From positions 1 through 57,949 of IMG/VR virus record IMGVR_UViG_3300045391_002368: DNA of 57,949 nt. One strand, written 5' to 3'. Each line of letters opens with the position of its first letter. Within the stretch, counting starts at the first letter, position 1. The notes under the pieces were generated by a model. The model saw nothing but the letters and a program-made list of their open reading frames with translations, did no database searches and was not told the origin of the DNA. The position numbers were made by a program, and so were the translations under genes. Positions 25,829 through 34,140 of the stretch are shown in pieces. This DNA is from a virus.

Positions 25829-26254
25829 ATGCGAGTATCACGAGCTCTACCCATCGTGCGGGACATCGGGAAGGCACTGCTCCAGAAGGCCACTGCCAGC
25901 CCTGGGCATCTGATCCTATTCGGGCATATGATTACGAAGATTCGGGAGACTACGTCGAGGGCAGAGATAGCTCTCTACCCCGAGGACCAGTGGCATCGCT
26001 GGCTCCCCGTCTGCGACGAGGTCGTAGACTGTCTCTGGGATACCACGAAACTCCTCCTGAGAGCCGGGTTCCTAGAGCCGGCAGAACATCGCAGTATCCA
26101 GGCACAGCTCCTCAGGCTAGACTTCCTCACCTATACAGGGGAACGTAAGGGACATTCCTGGGCTCGGAAGGGACACTGGGACTTTCCCGTCCAGAAGAGA
26201 TCCAGTGAATCCGGGGACATGCCCCGACCGGTGAGATTATCACTAGTAGACTGA
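25829..26254 (+). CDS. Hypothetical protein.
   Basis: 141-aa ORF. Confidence 0.5.
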   Translation: MRVSRALPIVRDIGKALLQKATASPGHLILFGHMITKIRETTSRAEIALYPEDQWHRWLPVCDEVVDCLWDTTKLLLRAGFLEPAEHRSIQAQLLRLDFLTYTGERKGHSWARKGHWDFPVQKRSSESGDMPRPVRLSLVD

Positions 26255-26293
26255 TGCGCATTTCTGTATACTAGGGGGAGGAGGGAATGGAAT

Positions 26294-26692
26294 ATGGATT
26301 CCTCATTTCTCAATCTAGTACGGGGCAATAGGCTCTCGTCGTATATGGGCCTGGTAATGGAGCCGGAGCACGGCTTCTCGTATGCGAAGGACTATACCTA
26401 CATCGAGATTCCGGTACTCGGATTCTGGAATCAAGCGGAAGAGAAGCTAGTGGACAAGGTACTGCGCAATCAGTATGTTCGGGTTATCCCGGCATGCAGT
26501 ATCGACTGCCGGGGCAGTTACAAGATCCAGGTAGAGCCCAACCCAGCCATCGCCGAATACGGCCTGGCACAGGGCACCTACTATGTCAGTCCCGACAGTG
26601 GCAAGCAGACTCCGGGCTTCTACTTCCACGCACGGAAAGACCTAGAGATTGCGGACCTACCGTTCGCTGTTCGTCTGTATATGAGGGGATAG
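26294..26692 (+). CDS. Hypothetical protein.
   Basis: 132-aa ORF with GGGGGAGGAGGG RBS. Confidence 0.55.
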   Translation: MDSSFLNLVRGNRLSSYMGLVMEPEHGFSYAKDYTYIEIPVLGFWNQAEEKLVDKVLRNQYVRVIPACSIDCRGSYKIQVEPNPAIAEYGLAQGTYYVSPDSGKQTPGFYFHARKDLEIADLPFAVRLYMRG

Positions 26693-26693
26693 T

Positions 26694-26906
26694 ATGTCTG
26701 TAGATATTCGGGAAGTAGCCCAGACGCTACTCAATGATCTGGAGAGCCAGAGGAAGGATCTGGTTCAGGTTGGTATTGGAGTGAAGTTATTGTATGAGCG
26801 ACTTCTCGAAGCATCGCAGCGAGATAGTAAGCCTGACGGAGAGACGCCAGCAGCGCAACCAGCAGGTGCTGACGCAGCAGAAGTCGGAGACGAGAAGGCT
26901 AGCTGA
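26694..26906 (+). CDS. Small hypothetical protein.
   Basis: 70-aa ORF abutting the upstream gene. It overlaps 26794..27036 in another frame. Confidence 0.35.
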   Translation: MSVDIREVAQTLLNDLESQRKDLVQVGIGVKLLYERLLEASQRDSKPDGETPAAQPAGADAAEVGDEKAS

Positions 26907-27036
26907 GCTGGAGGCTGAGATGCTTCGGGTCATCGATCAGTTACTAGACGTGACAGATCGAGTCGAGAAGCAGGAATCTCACCTCCGCCAGCTGATCAGA
27001 GCCCTCGCTTCCGAGCCTTCTTCTTCCCACGAGTAG
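26794..27036 (+). CDS. Small coiled-coil protein, the last rightward gene.
   Basis: 80-aa ORF with heptad-like LAELEAEMLRVIDQLLDV. It overlaps the convergent minus-strand gene by 41 nt. Confidence 0.35.
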   Translation: MSDFSKHRSEIVSLTERRQQRNQQVLTQQKSETRRLAELEAEMLRVIDQLLDVTDRVEKQESHLRQLIRALASEPSSSHE

Positions 27037-27274
27037 GAGTAAGCTGCTCACTGGGGAATTCGATATCCGCCAGTGTGCCAGCGCCCCCCGGAGCCCGAGC
27101 CTGTTCTTCGTTCTCATCGAAGTCAGGTTCGGCTCCTTCCTCATCTTCCCCGTCTTCCTCTTCCGGTTTCCCGAGAGTCATGTCGAGAGAAACAGTAGTA
27201 GGTTCCGGAGCCCCCTGCTGGCGGAGCTTGCGGAGGATCTCTAGAGTCTGCTTATTCTTCTGTGACTGCAGCAT
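26996..27274 (-). CDS. Small acidic protein with a basic C-terminal tail, the last gene of the late operon.
   Basis: EEEDGEDEEGAEPDFDENEE ... KKKARKRGL. Confidence 0.5.
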   Translation of the reverse strand: MLQSQKNKQTLEILRKLRQQGAPEPTTVSLDMTLGKPEEEDGEDEEGAEPDFDENEEQARAPGGAGTLADIEFPSEQLTPTRGKKKARKRGL

Positions 27275-27573
27275 CAGTCCCTCCTCGGCATGCCCTTCTT
27301 GCGAAGTCTGCCCAGTTTCCCCGGGGCGCTATCCGAGGCCGGCATCTTCCCCTCACCCGGAAGGGCGAATGGGTCGGTTCCCTCGTCGAGCTCAGTCATC
27401 CCCTGATCGTCTTCCGGACCATAGCCGTCGGTTTCGAAGGGATCCGCCGAGTCCATGCCACCCACATCGGAATCCCGAATGAGGTTCATGTCGGACGTAT
27501 CGTCCTCGTAGTACATGTTCGGCTTCGCCGGCTTGGTCTTCTTCGCCAGGCCCTTCGGGCTTCTCGGGTTCAT
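27274..27573 (-). CDS. Small acidic protein with basic termini and DPF motifs.
   Basis: DPFETDGYG and DPFALPGEG; ends RLRKKGMPRRD. Confidence 0.5.
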   Translation of the reverse strand: MNPRSPKGLAKKTKPAKPNMYYEDDTSDMNLIRDSDVGGMDSADPFETDGYGPEDDQGMTELDEGTDPFALPGEGKMPASDSAPGKLGRLRKKGMPRRD

Positions 27574-27782
27574 TTCCCTTCTTCCTTCTGCTGTTCGGGG
27601 GGATCGATACCCCAGTCTTTCTCTATAGCCTCGACGACACGATCGTCTTCCTTCGTGCTCGTCATTGCCGCAATCTTCCTGAGTACGACATCCAGTAGAG
27701 TCTTCAGTGCCTTACCGGTCAGCAGAGTCAGCAGTAGGCCGACTCCCACTGTCCCGAGGGCTTGCATAATATCGCTAGTCAT
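27570..27782 (-). CDS. Single-pass membrane protein, possibly holin-like.
   Basis: GTVGVGLLLTLLTG forms a TM helix, followed by MTSTKEDDRVV. ATGA overlaps on both sides. Confidence 0.35.
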   Translation of the reverse strand: MTSDIMQALGTVGVGLLLTLLTGKALKTLLDVVLRKIAAMTSTKEDDRVVEAIEKDWGIDPPEQQKEEGK

Positions 27783-30700
27783 TTGAGTATCTTCCTCAGT
27801 CCTTCCTGCGAACGTTCAATGAAGTCGTCACCACCCGGCCTCCTCCCCGAGACCATCGTCGGAAGGTCATCCGTGAGGAACCGTACATAGACAGAACCAG
27901 GCGTGAAGTCCTGGACAGCAGTAGCCAATCCCTTCCTAGCAGCGTCCTCTTCTCCCATCAGTGCTGGTACTATCGTTCTCTTCACTATAGCATCTACGGC
28001 AGGGGGAGTAAACATGTCCCCGGTTACGAGCGACTGGACAGATCCGATAGGGGATGCTCCGGCGAATCCGTGGGATCCCAGCAAGAGCCGCTGTCTATCC
28101 GACATGTCCTCGGAGTCACTTCCGTAGAGGGCCAGGTCGACAGCCCGGAACATGGCATACGGAATCAGGAACTTGTCGATATTGCGGATCGCACCACGGA
28201 AGGCTCCACCCTTCCGCACCTCCTGAATCATCTCCCCGGCAGTAGCCGTAGGCCACTTCGAGAACATCGAGAAGTAGGGACCCATGATGCGGCCGAACTC
28301 ACTCATCGATACTTTGTTGTAGTTATACTGAGTGGAACTATTGAGGTGCCCCGCAATGATATCCGCCACTTCCTGGACAGACCCAGCACCGGCTACTCCC
28401 CGCTGGATGGACTTCGGAAATCTACTGAGAGACTTCTGGGCCTGTCTACTTCCCGCAGCCAGGTCCCGAGCCATGACTCCCGCAGTGGACTTCGTGATCA
28501 TACGGTTCATCATGTCCATCTTCTCGTAGAGGAACATGGATGCATTACCGAACTGCTGGAGCTTCTCCATCGGTACTGCATAGAGGGCGGACCTGCGTAT
28601 GCCATCAGCAGTCATCCTGCGGAACTTCGAGGTGAAATCTGCCGGAGCCATGCCCAGGGCCCGGACCTCAGCAGCTACCTTCCGGAAGTTGAGGAGAGCA
28701 TCTGCGGTTCCCCGGATAACAGTCAGATATCCGTATCGGCTGCCCAGCTCCGGAGCCGTCTTCGCAAAGGTCTGGGTTGCGTTCATGAGTAACGCACGTG
28801 GAGACAGTCCGAGAAGGTTCGGATAGATCTGGCGGTTGAGGTCGTCTACCATCTCGGGAAGAGCCTTGCCCACCTGAGCAGCTGTACGCATGACAGGATT
28901 ATCGGATGAGTGCTCGATGCGATCCATCTTCTGATTCCAGGCAGTCTTACCCCTAGCCGTCAGCTCGGCGGCAGTGCCCGCCCGAGTGCCCGCAATGTCA
29001 CCCAGTAGGTCTCGGACATACTGCGCCTCTAGGGTAGCTCCTGCCTTCTCCAGGCGCCGGACCATGGAACCGAGCTTATCGATATCTCGTCTCAGATAGA
29101 GATGCTTGAGAGTATTGGTGGTGTATCTCTGCGCTATCTTATAGAGATTCGTCTCCCGAGCCCACATCGGGATATCGGCACCCTTCCGCTCCAGGGCTGC
29201 AGATGCCCTCGTCGCTAGCTGACTACGTCCAGACCGAGTGAAGAAGGTATCGTGCAGGCGGGTAGCTAGGTCCACTCCGGAGTGTACTGGCTTGGAATCG
29301 AGGATCGTGGTGAGGTTCATCAGGTCCCGAGCAGCCTCCGAGGCCCCGGCTAGCTGTCTCAGTTCTCCGGGGGAAAGATCCCTGAGTCCCTGGACAGGTC
29401 TCTGGAGGAAACGGGAAGCATCCGAAGTGGCCTGCTGGATCTTCTGCTCTACTAGAGGAACGAGTTCCGGTACCTGCCTCATCATGTGTGGAACATAGTT
29501 CTCCATCTTCGGAATAGACAGTGGAGTTACCATGCTATCCTTCGAGAGGCCATTGACATCGGTACGGAAATCGTCGAAATACTTCCTGAATTCAGCAGTC
29601 ACCTTCTGCTCAGCGGGGGTCAGGTCAGCTGGAGCCTTGCCCTCTAGAGCCTCGTAGACTCTATTGGTTGAGACAATACTCTTATCAGCTTCCTGATTCG
29701 CCCTATAGATCCCATTGAGTTCCCCGAGCCAGTGATCTCGGGCATATGACATTCTATTGTAGGAATGGTTGAGATCGACATGTGTCCCGTAGGTAGGGAT
29801 CCCAGTCTTGTTCTCGATATCCTGCATCACGAACTGAGCGTCGGATATCCTATTGAGATTCTTATCGAGGAAGTTCTCACCCCGGCCAGCCCGAACTCCC
29901 TCTCTCTCGATGAAGTGAGTGGCAGCCTGCTCCTCCTGGAAGAGCTTCCAGCGTCGGGCCAGCTCGGTGTCGCCACCCTGTCGGGCCCCGTATTCCTGGA
30001 TAATATCCTTCGCATCTTCTAGTTTCGGGATGGTGCGCTCGCCTTCCGGAAGCAAGAACTGGGCGAACTTCTTCGTCTGGTCGTCGACAATGCGCTCGGC
30101 CTGCTCGATCTCGATGGCACGTTCCATGCCGAGATCCTGCACCAGCTTCGGACGCTCCTTCTGGACCACCTCGGAACGGATACGGTATTCTTCACTAGCC
30201 GGATCGAAGAGCTGTTTCCGGGCTTCCGGAGTCATCTGTTCCTCGACGATCCTACTGGCTACCGGAGTGTCGATATCCTTCGTTCCAGCAATGATGTCTG
30301 CAATGTCAGCGTTCGACTTCTCCCTAGAGGCGAGAACCCTCTGCGTACCTTCCTCGATATCCTGAGAGGATTGTTCGAGAAACTTCTGTGCAACAGCTGC
30401 CTCAGTCTTCGACGGACGCAGACGAGTGAGGGCCCGACCGAGTCCCTCGGCGGCTGCACCAAGGCCTGCCCCCATCGCCCCACCCTGAACTGCTCCGGAG
30501 AGTTCCTCTCCCTGCCGGGCACCAGCAGCACCGACAGCCGCTCCGAGACCTGCCGCCCGGCCAATCCGACCCGCCGTAGTGGCGCCCTCCAGAACAGGGC
30601 CTACGGGTGCAGCCAACTCAGCTGCGAACTGCAGTTTCGATTGGCGGCTCTCTGCTAGATCCTGGAGATCATCGAGGGCTCGTTCCATCTCCGGAGACTG

Positions 30701-31090
30701 AGATATCTTGTACAGTTTCTGGGGGATACCGAATCCAGCAGTCTGTCCGAGACCACCTATACCACGCTTCACTTCCTCAGCACTGAAGTAATCGCCTGGA
30801 GTACGAGCACCGAAATAAGGAGCCAACTCTAGAAGGTGTTTAGGATCTACTCCGTGCTTCTTCGCAATCGCTTCTATTTCCTCTGGCTTCGTATAGTCGG
30901 CAGCGAGATTCGGTTTATCTAAGAAATGCTCGAAAGCCTTACCAACGCTATCCACTAGAGACGGATCTCTATCCTCAGAAACCCCCCCGAATTCAGCGAA
31001 TGGATCTTCCTCCTTACCTCCGAATTGCTCGAAAGGATCTGGATCCGGATCTTGCTGACCACCGAATTGTGCAAAGGGATCTGTTGGCAT
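27779..31090 (-). CDS. Large (1103 aa) internal virion or ejection protein candidate.
   Basis: The call rests on its size, its position at the distal end of the tail/internal-protein cluster, and an N-terminal triple DPFxxFGG repeat. I found no polymerase motifs. Confidence 0.5.
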   Translation of the reverse strand: MPTDPFAQFGGQQDPDPDPFEQFGGKEEDPFAEFGGVSEDRDPSLVDSVGKAFEHFLDKPNLAADYTKPEEIEAIAKKHGVDPKHLLELAPYFGARTPGDYFSAEEVKRGIGGLGQTAGFGIPQKLYKISQSPEMERALDDLQDLAESRQSKLQFAAELAAPVGPVLEGATTAGRIGRAAGLGAAVGAAGARQGEELSGAVQGGAMGAGLGAAAEGLGRALTRLRPSKTEAAVAQKFLEQSSQDIEEGTQRVLASREKSNADIADIIAGTKDIDTPVASRIVEEQMTPEARKQLFDPASEEYRIRSEVVQKERPKLVQDLGMERAIEIEQAERIVDDQTKKFAQFLLPEGERTIPKLEDAKDIIQEYGARQGGDTELARRWKLFQEEQAATHFIEREGVRAGRGENFLDKNLNRISDAQFVMQDIENKTGIPTYGTHVDLNHSYNRMSYARDHWLGELNGIYRANQEADKSIVSTNRVYEALEGKAPADLTPAEQKVTAEFRKYFDDFRTDVNGLSKDSMVTPLSIPKMENYVPHMMRQVPELVPLVEQKIQQATSDASRFLQRPVQGLRDLSPGELRQLAGASEAARDLMNLTTILDSKPVHSGVDLATRLHDTFFTRSGRSQLATRASAALERKGADIPMWARETNLYKIAQRYTTNTLKHLYLRRDIDKLGSMVRRLEKAGATLEAQYVRDLLGDIAGTRAGTAAELTARGKTAWNQKMDRIEHSSDNPVMRTAAQVGKALPEMVDDLNRQIYPNLLGLSPRALLMNATQTFAKTAPELGSRYGYLTVIRGTADALLNFRKVAAEVRALGMAPADFTSKFRRMTADGIRRSALYAVPMEKLQQFGNASMFLYEKMDMMNRMITKSTAGVMARDLAAGSRQAQKSLSRFPKSIQRGVAGAGSVQEVADIIAGHLNSSTQYNYNKVSMSEFGRIMGPYFSMFSKWPTATAGEMIQEVRKGGAFRGAIRNIDKFLIPYAMFRAVDLALYGSDSEDMSDRQRLLLGSHGFAGASPIGSVQSLVTGDMFTPPAVDAIVKRTIVPALMGEEDAARKGLATAVQDFTPGSVYVRFLTDDLPTMVSGRRPGGDDFIERSQEGLRKILK

Positions 31091-32436
31091 CAGTCTACCC
31101 TAGTAAAGCCCCGGGCTTCGGCATCCCGTACCTTGTCTGCGGGGATCGCTCCAATCTTACCATTGGGGGCTCGCATACGTACAGCGCCTGCAGGGGGAGC
31201 GGATGGGGCGGCAGGAGAAGCTGAACTCCCGGAATCCGTACCCGACTGTAGAGAATCCAAGGCCTGTTTCAGGTTCCTGAGTCTAGGAGAATTCTGCAGA
31301 ACGTTATTAACTTTTGCATGATTCTCGTCCTGAGTCGACTGCCAGAACCCTGAGTTATACTGTTCATCTAGATCCGCAAGTGGGACCTTCAGTCCCAGGA
31401 ATCCGTGGGCCCGATTCGCATCTCCGAGCAGTTTCTGTTTCTCTTTCTTATTGGTAGTGGCAAAGTAGTTTTCTAGAACAGATTGAGCAGCCTCGCCCTT
31501 ATCAACAGCGTCCTGAACATCTTTCATCTTTCGATACGCCAATGAACGATCTGCTGGCTTCTCCCCACCAGTACCTGAAGCACGCATTCCTGCAGCACGG
31601 ATAATAGTATCGTTATGCTCCTTAGCCCGCTGAGTTTCCCCGGCCTCGTGTTCAGCGTGCTCGACAGCAGACGCCTGAGCCTTGAGAGCATCCAGCTCAT
31701 CCTTGAGACCTTCCCTCCGTGTCCGCTGCTTTTCCCGATCCTGCTCCATGGTTGCAGTCCGCAAACGTCCCTGACGAGCCAACTCAGTACTGTACTCATC
31801 TCCGTAACGCTTGACTCTAGCATCCCAGTCAGTAGCCGGCTCTAGCTTGACGCCAGATAGGTCCACACCACTCTTTAGGCCCTGGTTAGCTAGGTTGAAG
31901 TGAATCAGACCTCTGCCGATAGTTTCTGCTAGAGAGAGCCATTCCGCACGGTCGGCTCGCTCCTCATATAGCCGTTTCGCTTCCTCTTCCGCATCCTGAA
32001 ACTTAGAGATATCTGCAGGGGTTCCGACCTCCTGTATCCGCCCACGCAGCTCCTCCATACTCTCCTGGAGTTCGCCCAGCTGCTTACTACTCGGGGTGCC
32101 ACTCGTCCCTGCGGGAGCCGACGGAGGCCCCCCTGCCCTGACTCTAGACACCAGAGAGGGAGCAGCTACTGCGGCTGCTGACGTTGGGGAAGGAGTAGTG
32201 GGTGCAGTAGGTTCTGCTGCTTCGTCTGGTACTTCCTCATGGGAGGACGGACCCTCGTCCGCCTCTACAGGAGCTGCTGGTTCAGACAGCTTAGGAAACG
32301 CACCGCCCCCGACGACGCTACTGAGATCCGTGGAACCCTGCTTAGCTGAATACGGAACAGTATTGGAATTGTCGAGGAGAGCCTTGCGAAGCTTCGCTGC
32401 TTCCTCATCAGTCATTGTATTACTAAATGTGGGCAT
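31090..32436 (-). CDS. Internal virion protein candidate (448 aa) with Pro/Ala-rich and coiled-coil regions.
   Basis: ORF with a TGATG overlap to the next gene. Confidence 0.5.
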   Translation of the reverse strand: MPTFSNTMTDEEAAKLRKALLDNSNTVPYSAKQGSTDLSSVVGGGAFPKLSEPAAPVEADEGPSSHEEVPDEAAEPTAPTTPSPTSAAAVAAPSLVSRVRAGGPPSAPAGTSGTPSSKQLGELQESMEELRGRIQEVGTPADISKFQDAEEEAKRLYEERADRAEWLSLAETIGRGLIHFNLANQGLKSGVDLSGVKLEPATDWDARVKRYGDEYSTELARQGRLRTATMEQDREKQRTRREGLKDELDALKAQASAVEHAEHEAGETQRAKEHNDTIIRAAGMRASGTGGEKPADRSLAYRKMKDVQDAVDKGEAAQSVLENYFATTNKKEKQKLLGDANRAHGFLGLKVPLADLDEQYNSGFWQSTQDENHAKVNNVLQNSPRLRNLKQALDSLQSGTDSGSSASPAAPSAPPAGAVRMRAPNGKIGAIPADKVRDAEARGFTRVD

Positions 32437-32450
32437 ACATCCTCTCTATC

Positions 32451-33284
32451 CTATACGGCCGCAATCACGGCTGTCTCTGCCGCTACGGTACCTATACTCA
32501 GAAGTGCATTATCTCTAGCAGCTCTATTAGCTGCATCCGCTTGCTGTTGAGCGATAGATTTCTGGAGGGCAGCCATCTGCCCCTTGAGTCGTACCTGCTG
32601 ATCGAGCTTCTTCTCTAGAATCGCCTGCTGTGCAGCATGCTCTCTAGAATTAATGTCGGTACCAGTCATCTGATCCTTAATCTGCTCAATCTCAGCATTC
32701 TGTTGCTCTGCAGCAACCATCAGTTTCTGGTTAGCTACACTGAGAACCTGGATCTTCCGCTTAGATAATTGATCTGTCTTCTGTTGGTAGTCCTGCCACT
32801 GATCCTCAGTCTGAGTTCGCATACGGGCATAGTCGGCCAACTGCCGCTCATTACTGAACTTCTGTCCCAGCTGATCAGTCTCGAACTGACGGCGGGAATC
32901 ATACATCTCCTGCTTTGCCTGCTCAGAAATCTGCGCAAATTTCTGCTCAGCATCCATCTGCTCCTGTCCGGCTGCCATCTTCTGATTGGCGAGAGCTTTC
33001 TGATTCTCGATCTGCTGTACCTGCTGACCTAGCTGGGCTACCGCATTCTGCCCGGCAGCTGCCTGCTGGGTGTTCTGGACCTGCTGCTGACCTGCCTCCT
33101 GAGCCAGGGCGGCACCAGTCTGCTGAGCGGCCTGGGTCGTATTGGTACTGGCGGGAGCCGCTGCAACTGCCTGCTGGAGCTGGATGTCCCGAGCAGCTGC
33201 CTGCTGCTGGGCCACCTTCTGGTTGGCCACTGGCATCTGAGCCGCTAGCTGCCTGAGGTAGGACTGTTGTGGAGTATCAGCCAT
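32451..33284 (-). CDS. Gln/Ala-rich coiled-coil protein (277 aa).
   Basis: Composition such as QQQAAARDIQLQQA...; C-terminal hydrophobic tail. Confidence 0.5.
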   Translation of the reverse strand: MADTPQQSYLRQLAAQMPVANQKVAQQQAAARDIQLQQAVAAAPASTNTTQAAQQTGAALAQEAGQQQVQNTQQAAAGQNAVAQLGQQVQQIENQKALANQKMAAGQEQMDAEQKFAQISEQAKQEMYDSRRQFETDQLGQKFSNERQLADYARMRTQTEDQWQDYQQKTDQLSKRKIQVLSVANQKLMVAAEQQNAEIEQIKDQMTGTDINSREHAAQQAILEKKLDQQVRLKGQMAALQKSIAQQQADAANRAARDNALLSIGTVAAETAVIAAV

Positions 33285-34138
33285 TATTCGCTATCTCCCT
33301 CATCCTCATCCTCTTCATCCGTACTTTTCTTATCTGCTATTTTGCTACCCGTCTTCAGAGCACCGGACAGGATAGTGGATATCCCCTTTGCCTGCTGCTC
33401 GTAAGCAGTCTGACGAGCTTTCTGACTGGCGACATACTTAGCGATTTCCATATCAGAAGCACCAATCTTCTCGTTGGCAGCCATCTCTAGATCGGCAGCC
33501 TTCTGGGCATCAGCTATAGTCATATTAGCAAGAGCCTGTTTATACTCTCTATCCGAAGCAGCTAGAATGTCTTTCCCCCCAAGTTTCTGTTTGAGGAGGT
33601 CGTACTGCGCCCCGAGGGCCATCTGCTCCATTTCCTGCGTGAAGTTGGCCTCATTGTCCAGTCGACGCTTTCTGCCGATATCCTGGAGCTGATCTGTGTA
33701 CTTCTTATCCTGCATCGATAGGAGGAAGGCTGTCTGTTCCAGGCGAGCCTTATCCTTCTCCAGGTCGAGAGATCCTCGATCCCTACTCAGGTCGTTCAAT
33801 AACTGATTGGTACGAAGCTTATTCTGGACTGTCTGGAACTTCCGAGCCTGGTCTATCTGCGCAGAGGCGATGTCAGTCTGAGCCTGCTCCGCCTGGGCAG
33901 CCTGATTCTGCTGGGCCTGTTGCATCTGGATCTGCTGACCAGTAGTAGCCAGCTGCTGATTAGTAGCATCACCTGCAGCCTGCTCTCCGAGGTTCGACAT
34001 CGGGGTAGTAGGCGAGACTGCCTTCCCACTGCGGGCAGACAGAAGCTGACGTACTCGCTGCGCCTGATCCGGAGCCTCTGCCTGCTGCGAGGCCAGAGCA
34101 GTCTGATTATTGCGAATAGTATCTAGTAAGTTAGGCAT
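33284..34138 (-). CDS. Gln-rich coiled-coil protein (284 aa) with an acidic C-terminus.
   Basis: The N-terminus MPNLLDTIRNN resembles that of the next gene upstream. Ends DEEDEDEGDSE. Confidence 0.5.
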   Translation of the reverse strand: MPNLLDTIRNNQTALASQQAEAPDQAQRVRQLLSARSGKAVSPTTPMSNLGEQAAGDATNQQLATTGQQIQMQQAQQNQAAQAEQAQTDIASAQIDQARKFQTVQNKLRTNQLLNDLSRDRGSLDLEKDKARLEQTAFLLSMQDKKYTDQLQDIGRKRRLDNEANFTQEMEQMALGAQYDLLKQKLGGKDILAASDREYKQALANMTIADAQKAADLEMAANEKIGASDMEIAKYVASQKARQTAYEQQAKGISTILSGALKTGSKIADKKSTDEEDEDEGDSE

Positions 34139-34140
34139 GG

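Noticed and set aside
27779-31090. The 1103-aa protein as a virion RNA polymerase or lytic transglycosylase fusion.
   Set aside because: I could find no polymerase A/B/C motifs and no SLT E-S...GLMQ...AYNAG motif in the translation. It is left as an internal virion protein candidate.
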